A DNA stretch of 64,000 nt from an uncultured Candidatus Saccharibacteria bacterium (GCA_964643955.1 CAZXUO010000001.1:14314-78313), one strand, 5' to 3'; positions 37,844 to 47,241 are shown, counted from the stretch's first letter. The notes: a model not told the origin generated them from the letters alone. Translations and numbers: made by a program.

Positions 37844-38650
37844 CTATTTTTTCTTAAGTGCTTGAACCATCTTTAAAAGCTTTTTTCCACTCGCCTCACG
37901 ATACGGACAAAACTCGCAGCCATCGCCTGACGCCGGAATCTGATCACTCTCGAGGCACTCATGGATGCGCAGAAGCGTTGCTTCGATCCAGTTGGTATCA
38001 CCCTCACACGGCACGAGGGTCGTCTCAAACGTGAGTGTGTCATTGAAGGCTTCGAGATCCTTTGATGCATTTGCGTAGACGAAGTAGCCAACGGGGTCAA
38101 CGGAGAATCCATTTTTTGCGAGGAGCCACTGATATACGCCGATTTGTCTTCGGTACTGGTCTTCCCATGAGCTATCCGCAAGCGTCTCGATTATGCCCTC
38201 TTTAGAGGTTGCTTTGTAATCGACAACAATGAGTGAACCGTCTTTTTTCTCCCAGATGTCATCGACTGCACCACAAACGGTAAAGCCTGTTTCTTTATGA
38301 TCGTACGCGATGCCAGAAAAATTATCACGCCACGCATCGAGCTTTTTGTGTGCAAAAGGGACCGCATCAATGCCGTACTTCTGCATGATGGGGTGCGGTG
38401 CTTTCTTTTTGCGGTATGCGTCAAACTCTTTTTTGAAAAGCTCATCGACAGCGATGTTGAGTGTAAAAGATGGACCGCGTGGGCGCGACGTGCCGAGCTT
38501 GTTGTCGAGATAAAAACAGCGCGGACACTCGATAAAGAGGTCGATCTTTGAGCGAGAGAGTCTCCACTTCGGTCCTCCGTAATTCCAGTCTGCACTGCGA
38601 TTTGGGTTGTAGCGTTTGACGAAGTCTCCCATGTGCATCAAGTATATCAC
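37844..38650 (-). CDS. Cas4-like / RecB-family PD-(D/E)xK nuclease with Fe-S cluster cysteines (stand-alone, no CRISPR)
   Basis: N-terminal CPRCFYL; GxxD (CGAVDD); motif III VVDYKAT; QxxxY (DQYRRQIGVYQ); C-terminal C ... C ... CEFCPY. GTG start. Confidence 0.65.
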   Translation of the reverse strand: MIYLMHMGDFVKRYNPNRSADWNYGGPKWRLSRSKIDLFIECPRCFYLDNKLGTSRPRGPSFTLNIAVDELFKKEFDAYRKKKAPHPIMQKYGIDAVPFAHKKLDAWRDNFSGIAYDHKETGFTVCGAVDDIWEKKDGSLIVVDYKATSKEGIIETLADSSWEDQYRRQIGVYQWLLAKNGFSVDPVGYFVYANASKDLEAFNDTLTFETTLVPCEGDTNWIEATLLRIHECLESDQIPASGDGCEFCPYREASGKKLLKMVQALKKK

Positions 38651-38690
38651 GCACGAAAAAACCGCCCTGTGGGCGGCTTTTCGTGTATCC

Positions 38691-39248
38691 CTAGTTTGCT
38701 GCGAATGTGTCCGAAATCATCTTTCCATCCCGCATCATGATTGCGTCCTCGCGGATATCAAACATACGGTCGCCATTTTCTGAATAGAATACGACTTGGT
38801 AGTTCTTGCCGGCGGTCGTTCCTCGCAAGAGCGAGACGCTCTGTGGTGCAAGACCGGCAGCTGTATTAAATCGTGCAGCGCCGAGTGCGTTGCCGAGTGA
38901 GCCGTTTACATCCTCATGTACAACGATCCAACCTTCATTTGTTGGATAACTTGTGCGATCACCGAGTGATACACTCGTTCCGGCTGACTGATCAGCAACT
39001 GAAAATGAAAAATCTCCGGTAACTTCTTGTACGACTGGAGCTGAAGATGTTGGTGTCTCTTCAGTCTCGTTCACTTCCGGCGCTTCTTCTGTATTCGTCA
39101 TCTCACCTTCAGGAGTTTCCTCTGAAGATGTTGTCGGCGTTGGCTTGTCCGGAGATGCCGAGAAAACCCACACCAAGAGTCCGCCAATAAGTAGTCCTGC
39201 AACAAATGCAACAACGGTCTTCTGACTTTCTAATTTCTTATCATCCAT
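38691..39248 (-). CDS. Membrane-anchored hypothetical protein with Ser/Thr/Glu-rich linker and about 120-aa C-terminal domain
   Basis: One TM (VVAFVAGLLIGGLLVWVF). I chose the ATG start MDDKK; the longer track start at 39323 would overlap the upstream gene. Confidence 0.5.
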   Translation of the reverse strand: MDDKKLESQKTVVAFVAGLLIGGLLVWVFSASPDKPTPTTSSEETPEGEMTNTEEAPEVNETEETPTSSAPVVQEVTGDFSFSVADQSAGTSVSLGDRTSYPTNEGWIVVHEDVNGSLGNALGAARFNTAAGLAPQSVSLLRGTTAGKNYQVVFYSENGDRMFDIREDAIMMRDGKMISDTFAAN

Positions 39249-39300
39249 ACTAGGAATTTCTATATACCAGTAAAATACCCGAAAATTATAGCATGGCTGT

Positions 39301-40134
39301 TTAGCTGCGACAGAGATTGACACCCTCTTCTATTATGGTCTCGATTTTCTTGGGAGCGATACCGGCCGCACGAAGCACATCGCGCTTCTCAGGCATGTCT
39401 TTACAGAGGACAATCCCCTGTGCGAGGAGTGCTTGCTTTTCGCGTGTCGTAAGGCTTGGAAGCGCCGTAATGGGGTAAATGCCCGCTTCTTCAATGTAAT
39501 CTTGGAGCGTTTTTTCTTTCGGATAATCCCAGCTGATGAGGGTGAGGCCAACACAGTTGGCATACTCGATTGCAGCTTTGGTGAATTTTGTATTGGTGAT
39601 GATGTACCCTTCGTTGATGGCACATCCGGTATTTGCAATCATCTTTCCTTTCAGATCGAGGAAGCGTGCGTGTGAGTATAGTGCGACTTGCAGATCAGAT
39701 TTTACACCTGGTCGTGCATGGAATTTTGCTTCAGCAATGAAGCAGTGGTCATCTTTGTGAGCGACAAGGTCAACTTCGTGTTCGACACAAGTGCCGCGCA
39801 GAAGTGTGCCCGTGAGCGTCGTGTATCCGCGCGTCTCAAAGAGTCGTGCAAGAAAATCCTCAAAAGGAAATCCTGTGGGGCCGAGACTAAAGAGCGCGCG
39901 ACGGAGAGAGTATTTCGCCGCAGCTACTTTCTCAGTGCGCTTGAGGAGTGAGCGCGCATGACGGTAGATGTCTTCGGTCGTCATCCCATCACTTAATTCA
40001 GTCTCAATGTGCGAGACGACGTCGCGCACAATCGTGGGAGATGCTCCCGAGCGCGCGAGTGACCGTGCAAGTTTCTCGCTTGCAAAAGGTTCTGTAACAC
40101 CATCAGCTTTGATGATGAGTGGGTGCGATGTCAT
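39301..40134 (-). CDS. ATP-cone domain fused to a restriction-endonuclease-like (Mrr-cat-type PD-(D/E)xK) domain
   Basis: N-terminal LIIKADGVTEPFASEKLARSL resembles the NrdR/RNR ATP-cone; central D ... EAK (EHEVDLVAHK ... FIAEAKF) resembles Mrr catalytic-core spacing. Confidence 0.55.
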   Translation of the reverse strand: MTSHPLIIKADGVTEPFASEKLARSLARSGASPTIVRDVVSHIETELSDGMTTEDIYRHARSLLKRTEKVAAAKYSLRRALFSLGPTGFPFEDFLARLFETRGYTTLTGTLLRGTCVEHEVDLVAHKDDHCFIAEAKFHARPGVKSDLQVALYSHARFLDLKGKMIANTGCAINEGYIITNTKFTKAAIEYANCVGLTLISWDYPKEKTLQDYIEEAGIYPITALPSLTTREKQALLAQGIVLCKDMPEKRDVLRAAGIAPKKIETIIEEGVNLCRS

Positions 40135-40151
40135 GCGTAAAGTATAGCAAA

Positions 40152-41237
40152 CTACGCGCTCGCGCTTTCAATGATGCCGCCGCCGAGGCAGCGAGAGCCG
40201 TCATAGAGTACACATGACTGGCCGACAGCTGAAAGTTCGAGCGGCTCCTTGAGTGCGATGGTGGCAGAGGTGCCTTCTCGTGTGAGGATGGTGCCGCGCG
40301 CCGGCTTTTGGCGGTAGCGGGTCTGAAGCAGTACTTCTGCGCCGGCGCGCGGCCCAATCCAATTGGTCTCACGGAGATTGAGCGCCTGCGCCGTTCCTGC
40401 TGCGTGCACAGGCTTCTCGTGCGAAACAACGAGCTCGTTCTTCTCAATATTTTTTGCGATTACATAGTACGGACGATCATCCGAGCGCGCGTGCGTGTTG
40501 GTGAAGCCGTGACGCTGGCCGATAGTATAAAAGAGCGCTCCGTCGTGCTCTCCGACGATATTTCCCGCTTCGTCGCGTACGGTACCCGCCTCACGCGGAA
40601 TAAAATGAAAGAGAAAGTCTTTCATATCGAGCGCGCCAAGGAAGCAAACTCCCTGGCTATCTGGCTTTTCTGCAGTCGGTAGTCCTGCCTGCTGTGCCTC
40701 TTTACGAATGTCAGCTTTTTTTGTATCGCCAATAGGAAAAAGTACGTGCGCGAGCTGCTCGTCAGTCAGTGTCCAGAGAAAGTAACTTTGATCTTTATTT
40801 TCGTCAGCACCACGATGGAGCGTTACTCCTTCTTTGGTCACGACGCGCTGCGCATAATGTCCCGTTGCGACAAAATCAGCCTGATGCTCGCGTGCAAAAT
40901 CGAGGAATGCTCCAAATTTCACATGCTTATTGCACATGACGTCCGGGTTTGGTGTGCGTCCTGCTTTGTATTCTCGGACGAGGTAGTCGACAACGTCCTT
41001 CTTATAGCGATCGGTTGCATCGCAGGTCAGAAATGGAATTTCAAGTGTGGCTGCAACGCGCATCGCATCGAGCCGCTCTGCTTCCCAGTTGCACGTGAGG
41101 AAATCAGGCTGCCAGACTTTAATAAACACGCCGACCACGCGGTACCCTGCCTTCTTGAGTCTGAGCGCCGCAACCGAAGAATCTACCCCTCCCGAGAGGC
41201 CAACGAAAACGGTTTGCTGCTTTTGCGCAGTCGTCAT
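40152..41237 (-). CDS. mnmA: tRNA-specific 2-thiouridylase
   Basis: SGGVDSSVAA PP-loop and MnmA length and layout. Confidence 0.85.
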   Translation of the reverse strand: MTTAQKQQTVFVGLSGGVDSSVAALRLKKAGYRVVGVFIKVWQPDFLTCNWEAERLDAMRVAATLEIPFLTCDATDRYKKDVVDYLVREYKAGRTPNPDVMCNKHVKFGAFLDFAREHQADFVATGHYAQRVVTKEGVTLHRGADENKDQSYFLWTLTDEQLAHVLFPIGDTKKADIRKEAQQAGLPTAEKPDSQGVCFLGALDMKDFLFHFIPREAGTVRDEAGNIVGEHDGALFYTIGQRHGFTNTHARSDDRPYYVIAKNIEKNELVVSHEKPVHAAGTAQALNLRETNWIGPRAGAEVLLQTRYRQKPARGTILTREGTSATIALKEPLELSAVGQSCVLYDGSRCLGGGIIESASA

Positions 41238-41279
41238 AGTGGTGTCGTTATACCATCAGACGGCACCTGTATTCAATCA

Positions 41280-42266
41280 TTAGTATAAGTACGCTTCTTT
41301 GTTTTGCTTGTGCTCGTCAAAGGTACGCGCATAGTAAAAGGTGCCGTCAGGTGCGGTGAGATAGAAAAAGTAGGGTGATTCTTTTGGGGAAAGAGCTGCT
41401 TTCAGTGCGGTGATCCCAGGATTGCTGATCGGTGTAGGTGGTAATCCTCGATATAAGTAGGTGTTGTACGGAGAATCCATTGCGAGATCGTCGAGTGTGA
41501 TTTCTTCACTCGTTTTGCCAAGGAGATATGAGAAGCTCGCGTCTACTTGGAGCGGTATTCCCTCGTCGAGGCGCTTCCAAAGAATACCAGAGACGAGCTG
41601 CATACTTTCTTCAGTATTTGCCTCGCGCTCGAGGATAGATGCCATGATGATGATATCCTCGCGCGTGCGTGGCGACGCCTCGATGTCTGGTTCGAGCTCG
41701 TGTATTTTCTCTGCGAACGTACTTTCCATCAGAGCGACAAATTGTTCTGCAGAAAACGTCTCGGGGACATGGTATGTTTCGGGAAACAAGTATCCCTCCT
41801 TTCCGTCTACAGCAGCGAGAAAATCCTCAGGTGTGATGTGTGGAAGCATCTCGTGAATGAGTGCTGCGATATCGTCATTGTTCATTCCTTCGGGAATGGT
41901 GATGTGTACGAGTGGTGTGCCGTGGGTACCGCTCGTGACTGCGCGCGCTATCGCATACACAGTCAGCGGCTCATTGAATTGATAGATTCCCGCTTTCACT
42001 CCCTCATCTCTGAAGCGAGCGATGAGCAGTGTCTGCAACAGAAGTGAAGATCGAACTGCGTGTGCATCTTCAAGAATTTGTGCAGTCTCTATGACTGATG
42101 TGCCGAATGGTATTTCTATCCGCTCTCCTATCGGAAAATCAGATGGCGCGCGAGAGCTGAAGAAAAAAACAAGAGTAGTGATAATTACAGCAACGATAAG
42201 TACACCGAAAACCCGCGTGAGGCGGGGTTTTCGAGTTCGGACGGCATTATATGTTTCGATATCCAT
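41280..42266 (-). CDS. mltG: Endolytic murein transglycosylase (YceG family)
   Basis: N-terminal TM plus YceG-like domain and C-terminal YYF/YARTF(D)EH pattern; start chosen at the ATG (MDIETYNAV). Confidence 0.75.
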   Translation of the reverse strand: MDIETYNAVRTRKPRLTRVFGVLIVAVIITTLVFFFSSRAPSDFPIGERIEIPFGTSVIETAQILEDAHAVRSSLLLQTLLIARFRDEGVKAGIYQFNEPLTVYAIARAVTSGTHGTPLVHITIPEGMNNDDIAALIHEMLPHITPEDFLAAVDGKEGYLFPETYHVPETFSAEQFVALMESTFAEKIHELEPDIEASPRTREDIIIMASILEREANTEESMQLVSGILWKRLDEGIPLQVDASFSYLLGKTSEEITLDDLAMDSPYNTYLYRGLPPTPISNPGITALKAALSPKESPYFFYLTAPDGTFYYARTFDEHKQNKEAYLY

Positions 42267-42267
42267 G

Positions 42268-43593
42268 TTAGAAATTGCCAATCGGAAGATTTGGAGGAGC
42301 TTCTGCGCGAGCAGAAGGAATGCGCCCCAGTGTCGGTGTGCCCGCAACCTTTCCTGGTAGATGGAAAATCGTCGCGAGTTCTTCGTTCGTCATAATAAAC
42401 TTACCATCTCCACCTGATTGTGGATCATACGCGCGGCGCTTGTATTCATTGAGCTCCCGCTTCTTGTGGTGTACGCGCTTTTTGCCGCTCGGATCTTGCC
42501 ACCATGGCCAGCTATAGTCGGTACGCCACTTGAGTGCGATTGAGTTGAGCATATTGTCGCCGTACTGCGCCCATGAGGTGATGATGGCGCCAATACGCTC
42601 TCCGGGAAGGAAGTACCCTTTCTTTGCCGCGTAGATCGCACGAATGGCGGTGTTGAATGGAGTTTTTGACATGCTGCGCTCAAGCGCCTTGATGACGTTG
42701 CGCTCCCCTTCGGTGAGTCGCGGCTGCGACTCAAGTTCAGCAGGACCAAGCTTTTTTGCATCGCGACCCGCGAGCTTGTTGATTTCTGCCTTGATGCTAT
42801 CGGTCCATTCAGGCACGAGACCAAGAGTACCAACTTCAAAGTCCTCCTTGCGGTGCGCTGAGATGAGGATTTGGATCCAGATGCGCTCGTTTGGACCGAT
42901 GCTACCCATCATGTCGAGCATCTGCGTCATTGGATCGATCTTGAATTCTTCTTTTGGATCTTTGTCGAGGCCGTAGTCGATGTACGTCTTTATTGGGTAT
43001 ACATCAGCCTTCTTGATTCCGAAGTGAATACTAAAGAGATCAAACTCCTCGAGCTCGCTATCGATTTCTGCCGTGTAATCGACATCAAGCTCGCGCACTT
43101 CGATGCCGGGATACTGTGAGTAGAGCTGTGTCTCGATGATATTCTTGAATTTCTTTTTTGGTGTGTTGATGAAGAAACGGATTTTGCCGCCATCAGATAC
43201 TATCTCAAGGCCAAAGACAGGAGGATGTTTGCCGTCTATGTATGTTTGAAGCAGGTTGTCTGGACCTGACTTCTGGAAGAAGTGCGTGAGCACAAGCTCC
43301 ATCGCAAGTGGCGACTTGAGGATTTCCTCAGGAAGCAAAATCTCAAGCGTCGTATTTCCTTGGTCGAGCTTGAAACTCTTTTTGATGTAGTCCATCCATT
43401 TCTCGAAAAAGAGAAAGAAAAGAATGGTCGGAAGCCAGATGGGACTGAGTGCGATCGCAAATGAGATGACGGTCGAGAGGGCGACATTGGTAATGGAAAA
43501 AGCCACCAAGAGAAGCGTGACGCCTATGATGGCGACAATGATGGCTGAACTGATGCCAAATCTTTCAAACCACTTCAGAAAACCTTCGATCAT
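42268..43593 (-). CDS. Hypothetical membrane protein (2 N-terminal TM helices, about 370-aa soluble domain)
   Basis: No recognisable motif, no Walker A; AT-richer than its neighbours. Confidence 0.5.
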   Translation of the reverse strand: MIEGFLKWFERFGISSAIIVAIIGVTLLLVAFSITNVALSTVISFAIALSPIWLPTILFFLFFEKWMDYIKKSFKLDQGNTTLEILLPEEILKSPLAMELVLTHFFQKSGPDNLLQTYIDGKHPPVFGLEIVSDGGKIRFFINTPKKKFKNIIETQLYSQYPGIEVRELDVDYTAEIDSELEEFDLFSIHFGIKKADVYPIKTYIDYGLDKDPKEEFKIDPMTQMLDMMGSIGPNERIWIQILISAHRKEDFEVGTLGLVPEWTDSIKAEINKLAGRDAKKLGPAELESQPRLTEGERNVIKALERSMSKTPFNTAIRAIYAAKKGYFLPGERIGAIITSWAQYGDNMLNSIALKWRTDYSWPWWQDPSGKKRVHHKKRELNEYKRRAYDPQSGGDGKFIMTNEELATIFHLPGKVAGTPTLGRIPSARAEAPPNLPIGNF

Positions 43594-43658
43594 GCGTACC
43601 TCATTGTAGCATCGAGCTTACGTGGCGCATGAGCTCGTCGATGGCTGTGTGTGTATAC

Positions 43659-43693
43659 GAAAATGCCCGCGGCCTACGGCCGCGGGCATTTTC
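43659..43693. terminator. Bidirectional terminator GAAAATGCCCGCGGCC-tac-GGCCGCGGGCATTTTC (16-bp perfect stem)
   Basis: Read from the sequence; downstream of the minus-strand gene ending at 43703. Confidence 0.7.
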
Positions 43694-43702
43694 GAAACAT
43701 AT

Positions 43703-44737
43703 TTACTTCGTCAGTGTGTAGTTGCCGTCAGGGAGTCGTGTGAAGAGTGAGGCATCCTGGAGGTTCACGATGATTGTGTTGTCCTTTACGTAACGCTCTT
43801 TGCGAACGCGGTCGATGATCTCATCTCGAGTGAGCGGACCATTTTCTTTGAGGATCGCACGGAGGACATCTTTTACGACGCCTGCACTGTATCCCCACTC
43901 AGTGAGCGCGTAGAGACCGCGACCGACGAGTACAAAACGTCCATCCTTGATGAGCTCGTTGTGGCAGGTAGCGACGTGCGCCTTTCGATTGAAAAGAGAC
44001 TCGATTGCCTCTGCGACTTCACGGAAGTGCATCGGAGAACCGTGGCGCTTGACCGCGAGGTATGCGAAATCGCGAATACCCTTTGCGCGTACATTGGGGC
44101 TTGTTGAGATTCCCCACTCTCCGAGCGGATTCTGACCGATTGCCTTTGAGAGACCGAGCCAGCGCTTCACATATTCTTCTTGCTTGTAGCGCTCCTCAAC
44201 TTTTGAGAGCTTTGCGATAAAGCGGTTAATCATCTCTGACTCGCTGATGAGCTCTTCTTCTGAAAGGGACTCCTGCACCTCGCTCAATGCCTTTTCGACA
44301 GCCTGCGCAAGTGACTCCTTTACGTACCAGCGATGATGGAAAGAATTGTCTTCTTTGTTTCGATTGAACGGTGTGCCAAGCACGAGGAGGAAGAAGATGT
44401 GGTTACGTGTCGACTGGTCTGATGCGAGTGCTGCAAGGAGATCTTGTTCGGCAATGATGCCGCCGAGTTCTTCGACGATGTCGACAAGCTCAGCAAAAAG
44501 CTGCTCGTATTCTTTGTAAACGTCTGACTTCTGGATTGACTGAATGCTGTAGTTTTCAATCTGGCGGACGCGCTCACGAGTGATACCGTAGGTCTGGCCG
44601 ATAGCCTCAAGAGTCTGGCTCGTACTGTCCTGTGTGCCGAGGCCGTAGCGCTTTTCGAGCACGTCGCGGGCACGTGGAGGGAGCACAGCAAGAAGCTTTT
44701 TGGTGACTTGTTTTGGCTTGAAACTGATAGTTTTCAT
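43703..44737 (-). CDS. Protein with N-terminal sigma-70 region-4-like HTH and about 280-aa C-terminal domain of unknown function
   Basis: LPPRARDVLEKRYGLG ... QTLEAIGQTYGITRERVRQIENYSIQ matches sigma-70 region 4.2. No region 2 or region 3 detected. Start chosen at MKTISFKPKQ. Confidence 0.5.
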   Translation of the reverse strand: MKTISFKPKQVTKKLLAVLPPRARDVLEKRYGLGTQDSTSQTLEAIGQTYGITRERVRQIENYSIQSIQKSDVYKEYEQLFAELVDIVEELGGIIAEQDLLAALASDQSTRNHIFFLLVLGTPFNRNKEDNSFHHRWYVKESLAQAVEKALSEVQESLSEEELISESEMINRFIAKLSKVEERYKQEEYVKRWLGLSKAIGQNPLGEWGISTSPNVRAKGIRDFAYLAVKRHGSPMHFREVAEAIESLFNRKAHVATCHNELIKDGRFVLVGRGLYALTEWGYSAGVVKDVLRAILKENGPLTRDEIIDRVRKERYVKDNTIIVNLQDASLFTRLPDGNYTLTK

Positions 44738-44825
44738 AGTATATTTGCGCTCTTTTTGACCACACTTACGGTCATCTATCAACTATTTTTAGCACGCTAT
44801 TTCAGGTACGTCAAGTATCCCCTGC

Positions 44826-47225
44826 TTAGGTGCTGGTGATAACATTCAAAATCTTTTTCGGTATATAGACGACTCGGGCGATGGTCTTGTCAGCAATTCG
44901 CTCTGCCATCGCAGGGAGTGCGAGCGCAGCAGCGCGCGCTGTCTCCTCATCCGCGTCAGGTGAGATCGTGATTGTTCCGCGTACCTTCCCATCTACCTGT
45001 ACTGCGATCGTGACGGTCTCAGATGCTAGGAGCGTAAGATCTGCAACGGGCCATGCAGCTGTATGAATTGAGCTTGTTTCTCCGAGCGCCTCCCAGAGCT
45101 CGTCGGTGAGGTGTGGTGCAAATGGCGCGAGCAGCGTGAGGAAGGTCCTATACGAGGCCTCAGTAAGTCCCTGCTCTTCTGCAGCATTGATAAAGATCAT
45201 GAGCGCACTGATGCAGGTGTTGAATTTAAAACTCTCAATGTCGCGCGTCACTTTATCGACGGTGCGATGAAGGAGTGACGTCACTTCTTTTGATTCCTCA
45301 GGCACGACATGATCCTTAAGGCCATTTACCCGCTCAAGGAAACGACGAATGCCTGCGATACCTCCCATATTCCATGGGTAGTTGGTTGTTTCTCCATAAG
45401 GACCCATAAATGCGAGATACATTTTGACGGTATCCGCACCGAGTCGAAGGACCTGCTCGTCAGGATCGATGACGTTGCCTTTTGATTTCGACATTTTATT
45501 GCCGTCGGGACCGAGGACGAGGCCACGATTCACACGACGCTCGTAGGGTTCCGACGCGCTCACGAGACCAAGGTCAAAAAGTGCTTTTTGCCAAAAGCGA
45601 GAATACAGGAGGTGCATGGTCGTGTGCTCAGCTCCGCCAAAATAGAGATCGACCGGCATCCATTCTTTTTGTACCGCAAGCGACGAGAGCTCAGTCTCGT
45701 TTCTATTATCGATATAGCGAAGGAAATACCACGAAGAATCGACGAAGGTATCCATCGTCTCGACCTCTGGTGTCCATCCTTTTCCGAAGATGCGCTCGGT
45801 GCGCTCACGGAGCTCGTTTGATTTTGCGAGTGGCGCAACGCCTGTTGGCTTGAAGTCGACATCGGTCGGAAGCGTCCACGGAAGATGTTCAAGTGGCACC
45901 GGATGTGCGTTTCCTTCTGGGTCGTACACAATAGGAATAGGTACACCCCAATAGCGCTGTCGGCCAATAGACCAATCACGTAGCTTGTAGGTCTTCGTCA
46001 TACGCCCACCCACTTTCTGTACGATAGCCTCCTTTGCTTCCTCACTATCCATTCCATCAAACTCACCTGAGTTGATGAGTTTTCCATGTCCAGTAGATGG
46101 AAGAGGCGTGTCGGTTTTCACTACTTCAACAATTGGAATATTGTAGGTTTGCGCAAAAGCAAAATCTCTCTCATCGTGTGCGGGGACGGCCATGAGTGCG
46201 CCAGTGCCATAGGTTGCGATTGCATAATCTGCAATGAAGACAGGGATCTCCTCCCCGTTAGCGGGGTTGATAGCTGTAATACCTTCAAGCTTTACCCCCG
46301 TCTTCTCTTTTGTTGCATTGAGACGATCCTGTTCATCTTTTTGTGCTGCAGCTTTTCGGTATGCATCAACATCGTCCCAGTTCACAATTTTTTCTTTGAG
46401 TGACGTGACAAGCACATGCTCGGGCGCAAGCACAAGGTATGTTGCGCCAAAGAGCGTGTCGGGGCGTGTGGTAAACACTTTTACTTCGTCGCCAGAAGAG
46501 AATTTGAATGTAATCTCTGCGCCTGATGAGCGGCCGATCCAGTTGCGCTGGGATTCCTTGATCGCATGCGGCCAATCAAGCGGCTCGAGGTCATCGATGA
46601 GGCGATCGGCGTATTTTGTGATGCGCAAAAGCCATTGCGGCATCTCACGCTTTTCGATCACATCTCCTGAGCGCTCGCAGGTACCGTCAGAGAGTACTTG
46701 CTCGTTTGCAATCACGGTATTACAACCGGGACACCAATTGACCGTGCCCGTACCGCGGTACGCAACGTCATTCTCGAAGAATTTCGTAAACATCCACTGC
46801 GTCCATTTGTAGTACTCAGGATCAGTTGAGCTTGTCGTCGCATTCCACGAAAAAGCATTTCCCATGCTCTCGAGCTGGCCCTTCATATGCGCTACGTTCG
46901 CATCAGTCCATTCTTTTGGATCGAGATTGCGCTTGATTGCGGCATTTTCTGCAGGAAGACCAAAGGCGTCGAAGCCCATTGGGAATAGTACCTGCTTCCC
47001 TTGCATACGGCGCGCACGCACGTAGGCATCAGGTACAGCAAACGCGTACCAGTGACCGATATGCAGGTTGCCTGACGGGTATGGCCACTCAACGAGTACG
47101 TACTCCTTTTCTTTGCTTGTATCGCGTGAGGTGAATTCGTAGAGTTTTGCCTCTTCCCAGCGCTTCTGCCATTTTTTCTCTATCGAGGTGTGGTCAAATT
47201 TCTTATGCATGGCAGATCTGTTCAC
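44826..47225 (-). CDS. leuS: Leucine--tRNA ligase
   Basis: HIGHWYAFAVPD (HIGH motif), KMSKS and CP1 editing domain; 799 aa. Confidence 0.95.
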   Translation of the reverse strand: MNRSAMHKKFDHTSIEKKWQKRWEEAKLYEFTSRDTSKEKEYVLVEWPYPSGNLHIGHWYAFAVPDAYVRARRMQGKQVLFPMGFDAFGLPAENAAIKRNLDPKEWTDANVAHMKGQLESMGNAFSWNATTSSTDPEYYKWTQWMFTKFFENDVAYRGTGTVNWCPGCNTVIANEQVLSDGTCERSGDVIEKREMPQWLLRITKYADRLIDDLEPLDWPHAIKESQRNWIGRSSGAEITFKFSSGDEVKVFTTRPDTLFGATYLVLAPEHVLVTSLKEKIVNWDDVDAYRKAAAQKDEQDRLNATKEKTGVKLEGITAINPANGEEIPVFIADYAIATYGTGALMAVPAHDERDFAFAQTYNIPIVEVVKTDTPLPSTGHGKLINSGEFDGMDSEEAKEAIVQKVGGRMTKTYKLRDWSIGRQRYWGVPIPIVYDPEGNAHPVPLEHLPWTLPTDVDFKPTGVAPLAKSNELRERTERIFGKGWTPEVETMDTFVDSSWYFLRYIDNRNETELSSLAVQKEWMPVDLYFGGAEHTTMHLLYSRFWQKALFDLGLVSASEPYERRVNRGLVLGPDGNKMSKSKGNVIDPDEQVLRLGADTVKMYLAFMGPYGETTNYPWNMGGIAGIRRFLERVNGLKDHVVPEESKEVTSLLHRTVDKVTRDIESFKFNTCISALMIFINAAEEQGLTEASYRTFLTLLAPFAPHLTDELWEALGETSSIHTAAWPVADLTLLASETVTIAVQVDGKVRGTITISPDADEETARAAALALPAMAERIADKTIARVVYIPKKILNVITST

Positions 47226-47241
47226 TCATCCGAGAGGTCGA

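Noticed and set aside
38691-39323. Track start at 39323 for the membrane protein, and 1-nt coordinate mismatch
   Set aside because: The first 25 codons lie in an alternative frame of the upstream ATP-cone gene, so the ATG encoding MDDKK is more plausible. My own indexing of this region disagrees with the track by 1 nt. I kept track coordinates.
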